The notes: generated by a model not told the origin, from the sequence alone. A DNA stretch of 64,000 nucleotides from Alphaproteobacteria bacterium (GCA_016780765.1 JADHLH010000001.1:3487-67486); one strand, 5' to 3'; positions 13,218 to 26,315 are shown, numbered from the stretch's first letter. Numbers and translations: made by a program.

Positions 13218-15449
13218 CTACAAGAAATTATACGGATCGATATCGATTTGCAGACGCACCCCGGACGGCATGCTGGCCGCCGTAATCCACCCATTTATAA
13301 CCGCCTGTATATCAATGTTTTTTTCACTCTGGATCAAAGCACGTGCCCGATAGCGCCCGCGCAGGAATGCCAGCGGGGCCATATTCGGCCCGAAAATGCC
13401 GACCCCGTTGAAATGCGGGCGCACCGATTCCAGCGCCCGCACGGCCTTATGCAACCGTGTCTCATCGCTGGCCGAGATCACCAGCGCGGCAAGCCGTGAA
13501 TAGGGCGGCATCGCCGCCAGCCGGCGCGCTTCGGATTCGCTCTTCAAAAAGGCGTCCCGGTCGCCAGACAAAAGCGCCTGCATAACCGCATTGTCTGCAT
13601 CAAGGGTCTGCAACATCGCAAGTCCTGGCCGGTCCTCGCGTCCGGCTCGGCCCGCCACCTGTGCCAGCATCTGGAAACTGCGTTCGGCCGCCCGCAGGTC
13701 GCCACCGGCAAGACCCAGATCGGCGTCGACAATTCCGACCAGTGTCAGATTGGGGAAATGATGTCCCTTGGCCGCCATCTGCGTGCCGATGATGATATCC
13801 ACCTCGCCCGCGGTGACCGATGACACAAATGCCTCGGCACTCGCCGGTGATGTGACAGTGTCGCTGGAAAACACCCCGAAACGTGCTTCCGGGAAACGCT
13901 GCAGCACCTCTTCAGCCAGACGTTCGACACCGGGCCCGCAAGCCTGCATGCTGTCTTTTTCGCCGCAATGGCTGCAATCATGGCTGGGGCGTGCCTCGAA
14001 ACCGCAGTGATGACAGCGCAGACGGCCGGCAAGCCGGTGCATGACCATCCAGCTGTCACAGTTCGGACAGGTCAGCTTGTGACCACAGCTGCCGCATAAT
14101 GTCAGCGGCGCATAACCGCGCCTGTTCAGGAACAGCAATGACTGCTCGCCATCCTCCAGCCGCTGTTCAATCGCGGCAACCAGCGGCGGGGCCAGCCACC
14201 GGCCACGTTCAGGCGGTGTCCGGCGCATGTCGACAGACTTAATTTCAGGCAGCGTGGCCTTGCCGATACGATTCGGCAGCGCAATCCGTTGATAGCGCGG
14301 CGGATCACCGACCATGCCCGCATTCACCCAGCTTTCCAGCGACGGTGTGGCCGATGCCAGAATAATCGGACACCCCTCAAGCCGGGCCCGCAGAACAGCC
14401 ATGTCGCGCGCCTGATAGATGACTTGGTCTTCCTGCTTGTAGGCATGTTCATGTTCTTCATCGACGACGATAAGTCCCAGATTGTCGAAGGGCAGAAACA
14501 AGGCTGAACGCGCACCGACAATGACACTGGCATCGCCAGTCAGCGCATACCGCCACACCTTGCGCTTTACCCCTTCACGGACATCCGAATGCCATTCCTG
14601 CGGCAACACGCCAAAGCGGTCGGCGAACCGCGCCTTCCAGCCGGCCGACAAGGCAATCTCAGGCAACAGGATCAGCACCTGCTTGCCAGCATCCAGCACC
14701 CGCTGGACCGCATCAAAGTACACCTCGGTCTTTCCCGACCCGGTCACCCCATCCAGCAGAAACGGCACAAATCCCTTGCCAAGTGCGGCCGCAATGCTGG
14801 TAGTAGCAGCCATCTGGTCAGCAGACAGGGCAGGCCCTTGCAGACGCCCTGGACGCGGCGGCGGCCTGTCACTGTCGACCAGCAATGCCTCGAGGCTGCC
14901 AGCGCGTTCCATGCCTGAAATCACACCCGCGCTGACACCGGATTCGCGCTGCAGCTCGGGCGATGTCAGGGCGCCGGCTGTTGCCAGAACATCTGCCACC
15001 CGGCGGCGCGCCGTTGTCAGTTTCTCTCCATCCGGCGGCGGGTCAGACCGGCGATACAGCTTTTGCTGCGGCGGTGGCAATAGCGCCTTTGGTTGACTGA
15101 GCGCCATCTTGGCCACACTGCCGAGCGGCGCCATTGTCCAGGCGGTTACTCGTTCAACAAACTGCACAAAGATATCGCTGACCGGCGGCAACGGGGCGGC
15201 GCGTATGACTGCTTTCAGCGATTCGCGGGGAATGCTGCCATCCCCGGGACCAAGCACAATTCCGTTCAACTGACGCGGTCCGAACGGGACAACCACGATT
15301 GTGCCCCGCGGCAAAGCACCCAGCCCGCCAGTTGCATAGTCAAAGGCCCGGTCAACCGGCACACCAACAGCAACGCGCACTACCGTGTCGCGCGCACCCG
15401 GCCCCGCACTTTCGGGCCCCGTACTTTCAGCTTCAGCATTTTCAGACAT
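13218..15449 (-). CDS. priA: Primosomal protein N' (replication restart helicase)
   Basis: GVTGSGKTEVY, DEEHE, four CxxC zinc knuckles, QVAGRAGR. Start refined to ATG 15449 (ORF track extends to 15584). Confidence 0.96.
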   Translation of the reverse strand: MSENAEAESTGPESAGPGARDTVVRVAVGVPVDRAFDYATGGLGALPRGTIVVVPFGPRQLNGIVLGPGDGSIPRESLKAVIRAAPLPPVSDIFVQFVERVTAWTMAPLGSVAKMALSQPKALLPPPQQKLYRRSDPPPDGEKLTTARRRVADVLATAGALTSPELQRESGVSAGVISGMERAGSLEALLVDSDRPPPRPGRLQGPALSADQMAATTSIAAALGKGFVPFLLDGVTGSGKTEVYFDAVQRVLDAGKQVLILLPEIALSAGWKARFADRFGVLPQEWHSDVREGVKRKVWRYALTGDASVIVGARSALFLPFDNLGLIVVDEEHEHAYKQEDQVIYQARDMAVLRARLEGCPIILASATPSLESWVNAGMVGDPPRYQRIALPNRIGKATLPEIKSVDMRRTPPERGRWLAPPLVAAIEQRLEDGEQSLLFLNRRGYAPLTLCGSCGHKLTCPNCDSWMVMHRLAGRLRCHHCGFEARPSHDCSHCGEKDSMQACGPGVERLAEEVLQRFPEARFGVFSSDTVTSPASAEAFVSSVTAGEVDIIIGTQMAAKGHHFPNLTLVGIVDADLGLAGGDLRAAERSFQMLAQVAGRAGREDRPGLAMLQTLDADNAVMQALLSGDRDAFLKSESEARRLAAMPPYSRLAALVISASDETRLHKAVRALESVRPHFNGVGIFGPNMAPLAFLRGRYRARALIQSEKNIDIQAVINGWITAASMPSGVRLQIDIDPYNFL

Positions 15450-15682
15450 GTCTCCGCCCGACAGGATTTTATCGCGCTCGGCGCTGTCTTTCCTGTCCTG
15501 GGACCCGTTCTGCGTCACGTGTGTCTTGCCTTCAGTTCTGCGCTGATCCCCGTTCCGGCTGAAAGACGGCGTGTCCAACGGCAACCGGGTCGGGCATTCT
15601 GGATTTAGTGCACGCCATGCGATAGACTGCGCGCGTCGGATGTTCCGACATAAAACCTACACCGGAGAGCGGACTTCCCGAC

Positions 15683-16336
15683 ATGAAAATTTTCCTCGAC
15701 AGCGCCGATATCGACGAGATTCGGGCACACATTGCCAGCGGTTTCGTTGATGGCGTCACCACCAACCCGTCACTGATAGCCAAATCGGGGCGCAATATTC
15801 TGGAGACGATCAGCGAGATTTCCGAAATGGTGGACGGACCGGTCAGCGCCGAAGTGGCTGCGACCGACCATGAGACCATGCTTGCCGAAGGGCGCAAGCT
15901 TGCCGGGCTGGCACCGAATGTAACGGTGAAGGTGCCGTTGACCGAGGCTGGCCTTCAGACTTGCCGCGCGCTCAGCGATGCCGGCACACAGGTCAATGTC
16001 ACCCTGTGCTTTACAGCCGGGCAGGCCATGCTGGCCGCAAAGGCCGGTGCCACCTTCATTTCACCTTTTGTCGGGCGGCTGGATGATATTGGCCAGGACG
16101 GCATGGGGCTGATCGAGGAAATCTGCACCATCTATGATCAATATGGTTTTGAGACCGGGGTGCTGGTCGCATCGGTACGCAGCACCCAGCATGTTGTCGA
16201 CGCTGCCCTTCTTGGCGCTGATGTCGTCACGCTGCCACCAAAAATTCTCACAGCACTCTACCAGCACCCGCTGACCGACAAGGGTCTGGCAGCCTTCATC
16301 AGTGACTGGGAAGGCACCGGCCAGTCGATTCTCTGA
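15683..16336 (+). CDS. tal: Transaldolase / fructose-6-phosphate aldolase family (small type)
   Basis: [32 protein letters not shown] and HPLTDKGL motifs. Confidence 0.92.
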   Translation: MKIFLDSADIDEIRAHIASGFVDGVTTNPSLIAKSGRNILETISEISEMVDGPVSAEVAATDHETMLAEGRKLAGLAPNVTVKVPLTEAGLQTCRALSDAGTQVNVTLCFTAGQAMLAAKAGATFISPFVGRLDDIGQDGMGLIEEICTIYDQYGFETGVLVASVRSTQHVVDAALLGADVVTLPPKILTALYQHPLTDKGLAAFISDWEGTGQSIL

Positions 16337-16350
16337 CGATAGAAGACAGG

Positions 16351-17289
16351 ATGACAACAACGCCCCGCCACGGCGGTACAACGTCCACAGACAGGACATC
16401 ACAGCAGAACCGGCGGGCCTGGCTGGACTGGCTTGGCAGCGAGCGTCGTTATGGCGACAACACGCTTGCAGCCTATGCCGCCGACCTTGATGACTATTCT
16501 GGCTTTCTGGCGCGCAGCGGAACAGACACGCCAGACATGACCCCCGACAGGCGGTCTTTTCGCGGCTGGCTTGCCGACATGTCTGAGCGGTCACTGGCGC
16601 GGACAACCATCGCCAGACGCGTGTCGGCATTGCGCAGCTATTACCGGTTCTGCGGACGTACCGGACGGATCAATGTGCCTGATCTTGCATGGTTGCGCGC
16701 ACCCAAGATTCCGCACGCCGTGCCAAAGCCGGTATCACAAGACGAAGCGCGCGCCATGCTGCAGGCAATCTTTCAGCGGCGCGGCGATGACTGGGCAAAG
16801 AAACGCGATTTTGCGTTGCTGATGTTACTCTATGGGGCGGGGCTACGCATTTCCGAGGCGTTGGCGCTGACAAGAGCCGCCCTGCCAATCGGCGACTGGC
16901 TGCGCATTACAGGCAAGGGTGGCAAAATTCGTGAGGTGCCTGTGCTGGCCGCGGTTGCCGAGGCGGTTGCTGATTATGTTGCGTTTTGCCCGTTTGATGA
17001 CGGGGGTGATGCACCGCTGTTTGTCAGCGCCCGAGGCAACGCGCTTGGCGCACGTGCCGCCCAGCGGCTTGTCGAAGGATTGCGGGTGCAATTGAATTTG
17101 CCATCACATGTGACACCGCACGCCCTGCGACATGCCTTCGCAACGCATCTTCTGGGCAATGGCGCTGATCTGCGAGCGATTCAGGAACTGCTGGGCCATG
17201 CCAGCCTGTCAACAACGCAGCGCTATACATCGGTTGACGAGGCACATCTGGTGCGTCTGCATCGCGATACACATCCGCGTGGACGCTGA
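16351..17289 (+). CDS. xerC: Tyrosine recombinase XerC
   Basis: Catalytic residues R (GLRISE), K (TGKG), HALRH, LGH and Y (TTQRY); conserved priA-tal-xerC-lpdA context. Confidence 0.92.
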   Translation: MTTTPRHGGTTSTDRTSQQNRRAWLDWLGSERRYGDNTLAAYAADLDDYSGFLARSGTDTPDMTPDRRSFRGWLADMSERSLARTTIARRVSALRSYYRFCGRTGRINVPDLAWLRAPKIPHAVPKPVSQDEARAMLQAIFQRRGDDWAKKRDFALLMLLYGAGLRISEALALTRAALPIGDWLRITGKGGKIREVPVLAAVAEAVADYVAFCPFDDGGDAPLFVSARGNALGARAAQRLVEGLRVQLNLPSHVTPHALRHAFATHLLGNGADLRAIQELLGHASLSTTQRYTSVDEAHLVRLHRDTHPRGR

Positions 17290-17361
17290 CCGCAGACACT
17301 GAATCAGGCAGATGGGCCGATAGCCCGATGACCATATAGGCAAATCGGGAATATCTGTCAG

Positions 17362-18771
17362 CTACATATGAATGGCGCGGCCATCAACGGCCAGCGCGGC
17401 TTCCTTCACCGCCTCATTCAGCGTCGGATGACCATGACAGGTGCGGGCAATATCTTCTGACGAAGCACCAAAGGCCATGGCGGTGGCGCATTCATGAATG
17501 ATCGTGCCAGCTTCATGACCGATGATATGCACCCCCAGCACACGATCGGTTTCGGCGTCTGCCAGAATCTTCACAAAGCCGTCACTATGGCCCTGCGCAC
17601 GGGCGCGGCTGTTTGCTGAAAACGGAAAGCTTCCCTTCTTGTAGGCAATGCCAGCGTCCTTCAGCGCATCTTCGCTTTTGCCAAGAGTGGCCACCTCTGG
17701 TGCGGTGTAAACGATTCCCGGCACGAGATCGTAATCAACATGCCCGGCATGCCCGGCCATCATTTCGACAGCGGCAACACCGTCTTCTTCCGCCTTGTGG
17801 GCCAGCATCGGCCCGTCAATCACATCACCAATCGCATAGATATCATCGACCGAGGTTTCAAAGCGACCATCTACCTTGATGCGCCCTCGATCGCTTAGCG
17901 CCACCCCGATATCATCCAGCCCCAGCCCGTCAGTCGCCGGATGACGACCAACAGCAACAAGGGCGATATCTGCCTTTATGGTTTCAGTATCACCGCCGCC
18001 AGCAGGCTCGACCGTCAATGTCACGCCGCTCTTTGTCGCTTTCGCAGATTTGACGGCAGTCTTCAGACGGAATGACAGGCCCTGCTTTTTCGCCATAGCC
18101 ATGAATTTCTTGGCGATTTCATCATCCATGCCCGGCAGAATACGCGGCAGGAACTCGATCACCTCAACCTCGGCGCCAAGACGTGACCAGACGGTGCCAA
18201 GTTCAAGCCCGATATAGCCAGCCCCGATCACCACCATCTTCCTGGGCACGCTGGACAGTGTCAGACCGCCAGTTGAACTGACGATCCTCGTTTCATCAAT
18301 GGTGATGCCGGGCAAGCTGGATGCGTGGCTTCCCGAAGCGATGAGAATTTTTTCTGCTGTATAGTCACCCGCATCATCGCCATCGCTGACAGATACCTTG
18401 CCGGGTGCTGTAATCCGCGCGGTGCCCTGCAGCCGGGTTATCTTGTTTTTCTTGAACAGGAAATCGATGCCCGATGTCAGACCGGTGACAATCGTATCCT
18501 TGCCCTTCATCATTGTTGGCAAATCCAGCTTGACCGCACCAACATCAACACCAAGCGCAGCCAGCGTGCCGCCAGCCGCATCTGCATAATGTTCGGAGGC
18601 ATTGAGCAGCGCCTTTGAGGGGATACACCCGACATTGAGGCAGGTGCCGCCAAGCGATGCCCGCTTTTCAACACAAGCCACATTCATGCCCAGCTGCGCA
18701 GCGCGGATGGCCGCCACATAGCCACCAGGCCCGGCACCGATGATGATCAGATCAAAGCTGTTTTCGCTCAT
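17362..18771 (-). CDS. lpdA: Dihydrolipoamide dehydrogenase
   Basis: GAGPGGY, GGTCLNVGCIPSK redox disulfide, HPTLNEA. Confidence 0.98.
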   Translation of the reverse strand: MSENSFDLIIIGAGPGGYVAAIRAAQLGMNVACVEKRASLGGTCLNVGCIPSKALLNASEHYADAAGGTLAALGVDVGAVKLDLPTMMKGKDTIVTGLTSGIDFLFKKNKITRLQGTARITAPGKVSVSDGDDAGDYTAEKILIASGSHASSLPGITIDETRIVSSTGGLTLSSVPRKMVVIGAGYIGLELGTVWSRLGAEVEVIEFLPRILPGMDDEIAKKFMAMAKKQGLSFRLKTAVKSAKATKSGVTLTVEPAGGGDTETIKADIALVAVGRHPATDGLGLDDIGVALSDRGRIKVDGRFETSVDDIYAIGDVIDGPMLAHKAEEDGVAAVEMMAGHAGHVDYDLVPGIVYTAPEVATLGKSEDALKDAGIAYKKGSFPFSANSRARAQGHSDGFVKILADAETDRVLGVHIIGHEAGTIIHECATAMAFGASSEDIARTCHGHPTLNEAVKEAALAVDGRAIHM

Positions 18772-18813
18772 GTCGAAATCCCCCGTGATAGCCAACGGCA
18801 GGTGGCCGCAATG

Positions 18814-20109
18814 TCAGACGCCCAGCAACAGGCGGCGCGGATCCTCAACCATGTCCTTGATCCGCGAGAGGAAGGATACCGCCTCGCGGCCATCGATGAT
18901 CCGGTGGTCATAGGATAGCGCAAGATACATCATCGGGCGGATGACAATTGCGTCATCAACCACAATCGGTCGCTTTTCAATCTTGTGCATGCCCAGAATG
19001 CCGCTTTGGGGCGGGTTAAGGATGGGCGTCGACATCAGCGATCCATAGACACCACCATTGGAGATGGTGAAGGTGCCGCCAGCCATCTCGTCGGGCGTGA
19101 TCTTGCCGTTGCGTGCCCGCGCACCAAAATCGCCGATGGTGGTTTCAATATCGGCAAGACCCATATCGCCCGCATCACGAACAACCGGTACAACAAGGCC
19201 CTGCGGCGTGCCCACCGCAACCCCGATATTGTAGTAGTTCTTGTAGATGATATCGCCGCCATCGATCTCGGCATTGACGGCGGGAAATTCCCGTAGCGCC
19301 TGCACGGCAGCCAACACAAACATGCCCATAAAGCCAAGGCGGATGCCATGTGTTGTCTCAAAATCCTGACGATAGTCACTGCGCAGCGCCATCAGCGCTG
19401 TCATATCGATCTCGTTGAATGTCGTCAGCATGGCGGCGTTGTTTTGCGCCGCCTTCAAACGCGAGGCAATGACCTTGCGCAGCTTCGACATGGGAACGCG
19501 TTCCTCACGGGCAGCGTCTTCGGCGCGCAGTGTCTGGCGCGGCGCGGCGGCCGGCTGCGCCGGCGCCGTAGATACTGGCGCTGCAGATACTGGCGCTGCA
19601 GATGAACCACCCTTCATGTGGGCCAGTATATCGGCTTTGGTCAGACGGCCATCGACACCGGTGCCTGCAATCATCGCCGGGTTGATATTGTTTTCCGCAA
19701 CAAGACGGCGCACAGCTGGCGACAGCGGCATATCACTTTTTGGCGCTGTCGCTGGTTGGGCAGCCGGGGCTGGCGCTGCGGTGGATGCGGCAGGCACCTT
19801 GGCTTGTTCTTGTTTTGCAGGGGTTTCCTTCGCTGCAGTTTCCGGGGCCTCAGCCTTTGCTGCCGGGGCGGCCCCTTCATTCAGCATGGCAAGACCGGCA
19901 CCCACTTCAACGACAGCGCCTTCAGCCGCCATGATCTCGCCAAGCGTTCCAGCCGCAGGTGCCGGCACCTCGAGGGTTACCTTGTCTGTTTCAAGCTCGA
20001 CCACCGGCTCATCAGCCTTCACCGCATCGCCTGTAGACTTGATCCAGCGGGCCACCGTGGCGTCTGCCACTGATTCGCCCAGCGTCGGCACCTTGATTTC
20101 AATTGCCAT
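18814..20109 (-). CDS. sucB: 2-oxoglutarate dehydrogenase E2 (dihydrolipoyl succinyltransferase)
   Basis: Lipoyl motif ETDKV, Ala/Pro linkers, E3-binding domain, SYDHRIIDG. Confidence 0.98.
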   Translation of the reverse strand: MAIEIKVPTLGESVADATVARWIKSTGDAVKADEPVVELETDKVTLEVPAPAAGTLGEIMAAEGAVVEVGAGLAMLNEGAAPAAKAEAPETAAKETPAKQEQAKVPAASTAAPAPAAQPATAPKSDMPLSPAVRRLVAENNINPAMIAGTGVDGRLTKADILAHMKGGSSAAPVSAAPVSTAPAQPAAAPRQTLRAEDAAREERVPMSKLRKVIASRLKAAQNNAAMLTTFNEIDMTALMALRSDYRQDFETTHGIRLGFMGMFVLAAVQALREFPAVNAEIDGGDIIYKNYYNIGVAVGTPQGLVVPVVRDAGDMGLADIETTIGDFGARARNGKITPDEMAGGTFTISNGGVYGSLMSTPILNPPQSGILGMHKIEKRPIVVDDAIVIRPMMYLALSYDHRIIDGREAVSFLSRIKDMVEDPRRLLLGV

Positions 20110-20199
20110 CTTCCAAATGCCCCCTCAGGCCATCCCGGACGCCATTGCGCCCCTTTGTTGCGACACCGTCTCGCCCGCTATTCTCTGCGTCTGTTGTGT

Positions 20200-23118
20200 C
20201 TACGTCTTGTCGTTTGGCAAATTCAGCGCCGCGGCAACAAGTGCATTCTGTTCCCGGTTATGGCGCGCCAATGTGCCCGTGGCAGGCGAGGCAGCAGCGT
20301 CACGCCCGGCATAGATCAAACGTTCCTGACGGGCACCAGCGGCCTGCATCGCATCCTCGATGAAGTCACGCACAAAGGTCCAGCCTCCCATATTGCGCGG
20401 CTCTTCCTGACACCAGACAAACGTTGCACCGGGCACTTCTGACAATGTTTCTGTCAGTGCCTTGCTGGGGAAAGGATACAGCTGTTCAACGCGCAGAATT
20501 TCGACATCCCACAGCTCGGCAGCATCGCGCGCCGCGGCCAGATCGTAATACACTTTGCCACTGCACATGACGATCCGCTTGGCTTTACCGGATTTGACCT
20601 TGCCACCCCGTTCATCCAGCACCCGGTGGAATGTTGTTCCTGTCGTCAGATCGGCAAGCGACGAGACACATGCCTTGTGACGCAGCAGTGACTTCGGCGT
20701 CATGATGATCAGCGGCTTGCGGAATTCACGGCGCAGCTGGCGACGCAGCACATGGAAGTAATTTGCCGGGGTCGTACAGTTGACCACCTGCATATTGTCC
20801 TCGGCACACAGCTGCAGATAGCGTTCCAGACGCGCCGATGAATGCTCAGGGCCCTGCCCTTCATAGCCGTGCGGCAGCAACAGCACCAGTGCGTTCATCC
20901 GCAGCCACTTCGCCTCACCGGACGAAATGAACTGGTCAATGACCACCTGAGCGCCGTTGGCAAAATCGCCGAACTGCGCCTCCCACATGACAAGGGCATT
21001 CGGTTCAACCTGGGAAAAGCCATATTCGAATCCCATGACCGAGGCTTCTGAAAGCGGTGAGTCAATCACCTCGAACATCGCCTGGTCATAAGCCAGATGG
21101 GCCAGCGGCGTGTACCGCTCTTCGGTTTCCTGATCCACAAGGACGGCATGACGCTGGCTGAACGTGCCACGGCAGCTGTCCTGACCTGACAGGCGCACCG
21201 GATCACCTTCAAGAACCAGAGACCCGAATGCCAGGTGCTCGGCGGTTGCCCAGTCCAGCCCTTCACCCTCATCAATGCGCTTGGCACGGGTTTCGACAAT
21301 GCGCAAAAGCTTTGAGTTGAGTTTCATATGCGATGGCACTGTCGTCATCGACCTGCCAATCGAGCGCAATATATCAAGATCAACGCCAGTTTCACCGCGG
21401 CGCGCGCCCATTGGTGCGGTGCTCATGCCCGACCAGCTGCCTTCCAGCCAGTCTGCCTTGTTCGGACGATATCCTGTACCCGCCTCGAATTCATTGTCGA
21501 GATGGGCAATCCTGTCATCAACGATCTGCTGTGCCTGTTCGGCTGTCAGCGTGCCGTCAGCAACCAGCTTGTCGGCATAAAGTGCGCGCGTTGTCGGATG
21601 GCCGGAGATGGTCTTGTACATCAGCGGCTGGGTGAACATCGGCTCATCGCCTTCATTATGGCCAAACCGGCGATAACAGAAGAAGTCCAGAACCACATCA
21701 CAGCCAAAGGCCTGACGGAATTCGATGGCGATACGCGCCGCATGCACAACGGCCTCCGGATCATCGCCATTGACGTGGAAAATCGGTGCCATGACCATTT
21801 TCGCAACATCCGTAGGGTAGGGCGAGGACCGCGAATAGTGCGGGCTTGTCGTAAAGCCGATCTGGTTATTGACAACAATATGGATCGTGCCGCCGGTGCG
21901 ATATCCCCGCAGCGCCGAAAAGGCAAAGGTTTCTCCAACGACACCCTGACCGGCAAAGGCCGCATCACCGTGAAGAAGAATGCCGACCACTTTTTGGCGC
22001 GCTGTATCGTGGCGCTGATGCTGCTTTGCCCGCACCCGCCCAATCACAACCGGGTCGACAATTTCGAGATGTGACGGGTTCGGAGCCAGGCTCAGATGCA
22101 CGATCTTATCGTCGAATTCACGGTCAGAAGACGCGCCCATATGGTATTTCACATCGCCCGAGCCACCGGCATTTTCCGGGTTGGCAGGGTTGCCGAGAAA
22201 TTCCGAGATGATGGCCCGGAACGGCTTGCCAAAAATATTGTGCAGAATGTTCAGCCGGCCGCGATGCGCCATGCCAACGACCACTTCCTCAACACCCAGC
22301 TGGGTGCCACGTTTGAGAACCTGCTCGATTGCCGGAATGATCGCTTCTGCGCCATCCATGCCGAATCGCTTGGTGCCTGTATATTTCTTGTGAAGATACT
22401 TCTCGAACTCTTCGGCATCGACAAGGCGCTCATAGATGGCAAGCTTGCCGCGCTCGGTGAAGTCCGTGCGGTTTCCGATCGCCTCGATCCGTTCCTGAAT
22501 CCAGGCTTTCTGCGCCGGATCCTGAATATGCATGAATTCGACACCAATCGTGCTGCAATAGGTCTTGCGCAGCAGATCGACAATGTCTCGCAATGTCGCT
22601 GTTTCAATTCCCAGCACATAATTGATGAAGATCGGCCGGTCCCAGTCATCATCGGTAAACCCGTAGGTCGCCGGATCCAGCTCGGGATGGATCGGTGGTT
22701 CCTCGAGTGACAGCGGATCAAGCTGGGCCAGCAGATGGCCCCGGATGCGATAGGCGCGGATCAACATCACCGCGCGCAATGAATCCAGTGTTGCCGCCCG
22801 CATGGTCTTGGCATCGACTTGCTGATTGCCCGCATGGCCAGCAGCAACAGCCTTTACCGAACTGTCCGGGTCAACCGCGCCGACAATGCGGCTTTTGGTT
22901 GGTGCCCAGCTGGGCCGCGCCTCGGCATCGACATCACCAAGCGCATCAAGCTGGTCGAAATAGGCCGCCCACCGCGCATCAACAGACCGCGGGTCCTGCC
23001 GCCAGGCGGCATTCATTTCGGCGATGAATATGGCATTGGCTGCCGAGAGAAAAGTCAGGTCCAGTTCACTTTGACCAGCGGCGTCACTGTCGCCTGGCCG
23101 TTGCGCTGCATCATCCAT
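20200..23118 (-). CDS. sucA: 2-oxoglutarate dehydrogenase E1
   Basis: GMAHRGRLN, GDVKYH, HGDAAFAGQG and WEAQFGDF motifs. Confidence 0.98.
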   Translation of the reverse strand: MDDAAQRPGDSDAAGQSELDLTFLSAANAIFIAEMNAAWRQDPRSVDARWAAYFDQLDALGDVDAEARPSWAPTKSRIVGAVDPDSSVKAVAAGHAGNQQVDAKTMRAATLDSLRAVMLIRAYRIRGHLLAQLDPLSLEEPPIHPELDPATYGFTDDDWDRPIFINYVLGIETATLRDIVDLLRKTYCSTIGVEFMHIQDPAQKAWIQERIEAIGNRTDFTERGKLAIYERLVDAEEFEKYLHKKYTGTKRFGMDGAEAIIPAIEQVLKRGTQLGVEEVVVGMAHRGRLNILHNIFGKPFRAIISEFLGNPANPENAGGSGDVKYHMGASSDREFDDKIVHLSLAPNPSHLEIVDPVVIGRVRAKQHQRHDTARQKVVGILLHGDAAFAGQGVVGETFAFSALRGYRTGGTIHIVVNNQIGFTTSPHYSRSSPYPTDVAKMVMAPIFHVNGDDPEAVVHAARIAIEFRQAFGCDVVLDFFCYRRFGHNEGDEPMFTQPLMYKTISGHPTTRALYADKLVADGTLTAEQAQQIVDDRIAHLDNEFEAGTGYRPNKADWLEGSWSGMSTAPMGARRGETGVDLDILRSIGRSMTTVPSHMKLNSKLLRIVETRAKRIDEGEGLDWATAEHLAFGSLVLEGDPVRLSGQDSCRGTFSQRHAVLVDQETEERYTPLAHLAYDQAMFEVIDSPLSEASVMGFEYGFSQVEPNALVMWEAQFGDFANGAQVVIDQFISSGEAKWLRMNALVLLLPHGYEGQGPEHSSARLERYLQLCAEDNMQVVNCTTPANYFHVLRRQLRREFRKPLIIMTPKSLLRHKACVSSLADLTTGTTFHRVLDERGGKVKSGKAKRIVMCSGKVYYDLAAARDAAELWDVEILRVEQLYPFPSKALTETLSEVPGATFVWCQEEPRNMGGWTFVRDFIEDAMQAAGARQERLIYAGRDAAASPATGTLARHNREQNALVAAALNLPNDKT

Positions 23119-23217
23119 CTAAACACCACCCCCAGTGTTATCTCGTCAGGTCACGGGCACCTTGTTTACAGTCGTCCCGAACAGTCTAGGCCAGATTGGC
23201 CATGATTCAAGCTATTG

Positions 23218-24099
23218 TCAGGCCGCACGCGCAATCGCACGTGTAACCGCATTACCGATGTCGGCCGGCGATTCAGCCATCTCGAAGCCGGCGCCGCGCA
23301 TCGCGTCGATCTTGTCAGATGCGCCGCCACTACCACCACTTACAATGGCACCGGCATGGCCCATCCGACGCCCTGGCGGTGCTGTCAGACCAGCGATAAA
23401 TCCGGCAATCGGCTTTTGATTGGGCTGCGCCGCATAAAAGGCGGCTGCCTCTTCCTCGGCAGACCCGCCGATCTCGCCAATCATCACGATGGCTTCGGTC
23501 TGGTCATCGGCAAGAAACATGTCGAGACAATCGATAAAATTGGTGCCGTTTACCGGATCACCGCCAATGCCGATACAGGTGGACTGGCCCAGGCCTTCAG
23601 CCGTTGTCTGCGCTACCGCCTCATAAGTCAGCGTTCCCGAACGCGACACGATACCAACCTTGCCCGGGGTGTGAATATGCCCGGGCATGATGCCGATCTT
23701 GCATTCGCCCGGGGTGATGATACCAGGGCAATTGGGGCCGATCAGACGGCTGTTGCTGCCGACCAGTGCGCGCTTTACCCGCACCATGTCCAGCACCGGA
23801 ATGCCTTCGGTGATACAGATGATCAACGGCATGCCGGCATCAATCGCCTCAAGAATTGAATCTGCCGCAAAGGGCGGCGGCACATAGATGACCGAAGCAT
23901 TCGCATCGCTCGCGGCCATAGCCTCACCGACGGCATTGAAGACGGGCAGACCAAGATGGGTTTGACCGCCCTTTCCGGGGGTCACACCACCAACCATTTT
24001 CGTGCCATACGCGATGGCCTGTTCTGAATGGAAGGTTCCCTGCGCGCCGGTAAAGCCCTGACAGATGACCCGGGTTTCATTGTTCACCAGTACTGACAT
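23218..24099 (-). CDS. sucD: Succinyl-CoA synthetase alpha subunit
   Basis: QGFTG, GPNCPG and RMGHAGAI (phospho-His); start refined to 24099. Confidence 0.98.
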   Translation of the reverse strand: MSVLVNNETRVICQGFTGAQGTFHSEQAIAYGTKMVGGVTPGKGGQTHLGLPVFNAVGEAMAASDANASVIYVPPPFAADSILEAIDAGMPLIICITEGIPVLDMVRVKRALVGSNSRLIGPNCPGIITPGECKIGIMPGHIHTPGKVGIVSRSGTLTYEAVAQTTAEGLGQSTCIGIGGDPVNGTNFIDCLDMFLADDQTEAIVMIGEIGGSAEEEAAAFYAAQPNQKPIAGFIAGLTAPPGRRMGHAGAIVSGGSGGASDKIDAMRGAGFEMAESPADIGNAVTRAIARAA

Positions 24100-24112
24100 C
24101 ACCAATCCCCCG

Positions 24113-25273
24113 TCAGGCCGTGGCAGCGACGATTTTTTCCGCCGCATCTGCCAGATTGTCCGCCGGAATAATGGCCAGCCCGCTGTCCGCCATGATCCGC
24201 TTGCCTTCGTCTACATTCGTGCCTTCAAGGCGCACCACCAGAGGCTTGTCCAGACCCAGTGTACGCGCCGCACTGACAACACCTTCGGCGATGATGTCAC
24301 AGCGCATGATGCCACCAAAAATATTCACCAGAATGCCTTTCACATTGGCATCCGACAGGATGATCTTGAACGCCTCGGTCACGCGTTCGGTGGTGGCGCT
24401 GCCGCCAACGTCAAGAAAGTTTGCTGGCGAGCCGCCGCGCAGCTGGATGATATCCATCGTTGCCATGGCAAGGCCCGCGCCATTGACCATGCAGCCAATA
24501 TTGCCGTCCAGCTTGATATAGTTCAGATCAAACTCGCTGGCCCGCACCTCGGCCGGGTCCTCTTCGGCAAGATCACGCAGTTCCATAACATCGGCATGCC
24601 GGTAAAGCGCATTGTCGTCGAAGCTCATCTTCGCATCCAGCGCCAACAGATCGCCACTGCCCGTCATAACAAGAGGGTTGATCTCGACAAGGCTGGCATC
24701 AAGCGATGAAAAGGCAGTGACAAGGCCAGACAGAAATGCCGGCAGCTGCTTTGCCGTTGCCCCGGTCAATCCCATGACCGTTGCCAGCCGGCGCGCATGA
24801 TGCGGCTGCAGACCGGTTGCCGGATCGATGCTCACTGAAAGGATTTTCTCGGGCTGCGAGGCCGCTACCTCTTCGATATCCATACCGCCTTCGCTGGAGG
24901 CGATGATGGTGATCCGGCTGGTGACGCGATCGACCAGCAATGACAGATAAAGTTCATCGGCGATATCGCAGCCATCCTCGACATAAAGGCGCTGCACTTC
25001 GCGTCCCTGCGGTCCGGTCTGATGGGTAACAAGTGTCTTGCCAAGAATGTCATCGGCAACGGCGCGGACATCATCAATTGACGAGACAACCTTCACGCCG
25101 CCAGCCTTGCCACGTCCACCCGCATGGATCTGCGCCTTCACAACCCAGACGGGGCCGCCAAGCGCTTCTGCAGCGGCGACCGCCTCATCAACTGTAAACG
25201 CAGCTTCGCCGCGCGGCACCGGCACACCGAACCCTGCAAGCAGGGCCTTTGCCTGATGTTCATGGATGTTCAT
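24113..25273 (-). CDS. sucC: Succinyl-CoA synthetase beta subunit
   Basis: [25 protein letters not shown] and [11 protein letters not shown] motifs. Confidence 0.98.
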   Translation of the reverse strand: MNIHEHQAKALLAGFGVPVPRGEAAFTVDEAVAAAEALGGPVWVVKAQIHAGGRGKAGGVKVVSSIDDVRAVADDILGKTLVTHQTGPQGREVQRLYVEDGCDIADELYLSLLVDRVTSRITIIASSEGGMDIEEVAASQPEKILSVSIDPATGLQPHHARRLATVMGLTGATAKQLPAFLSGLVTAFSSLDASLVEINPLVMTGSGDLLALDAKMSFDDNALYRHADVMELRDLAEEDPAEVRASEFDLNYIKLDGNIGCMVNGAGLAMATMDIIQLRGGSPANFLDVGGSATTERVTEAFKIILSDANVKGILVNIFGGIMRCDIIAEGVVSAARTLGLDKPLVVRLEGTNVDEGKRIMADSGLAIIPADNLADAAEKIVAATA

Positions 25274-25313
25274 GCGCTTCTCCCCGTCACGCCAGATCCC
25301 TTGTAGCGATCAG

Positions 25314-26315
<1,002 letters not shown>

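Noticed and set aside
16351-17289. Tyrosine recombinase as a sign of a prophage or island
   Set aside because: Sequence and priA-tal-xerC-lpdA context match housekeeping XerC; no att sites or cargo.
19415-20314. 299-aa plus-strand Ala/Ser-rich ORF
   Set aside because: Antisense to sucB linkers.
23119-23217. Possible sucA leader RNA
   Set aside because: Only a short GGCCA/TGGCC hairpin; the described sucA motif is betaproteobacterial and I see no match.
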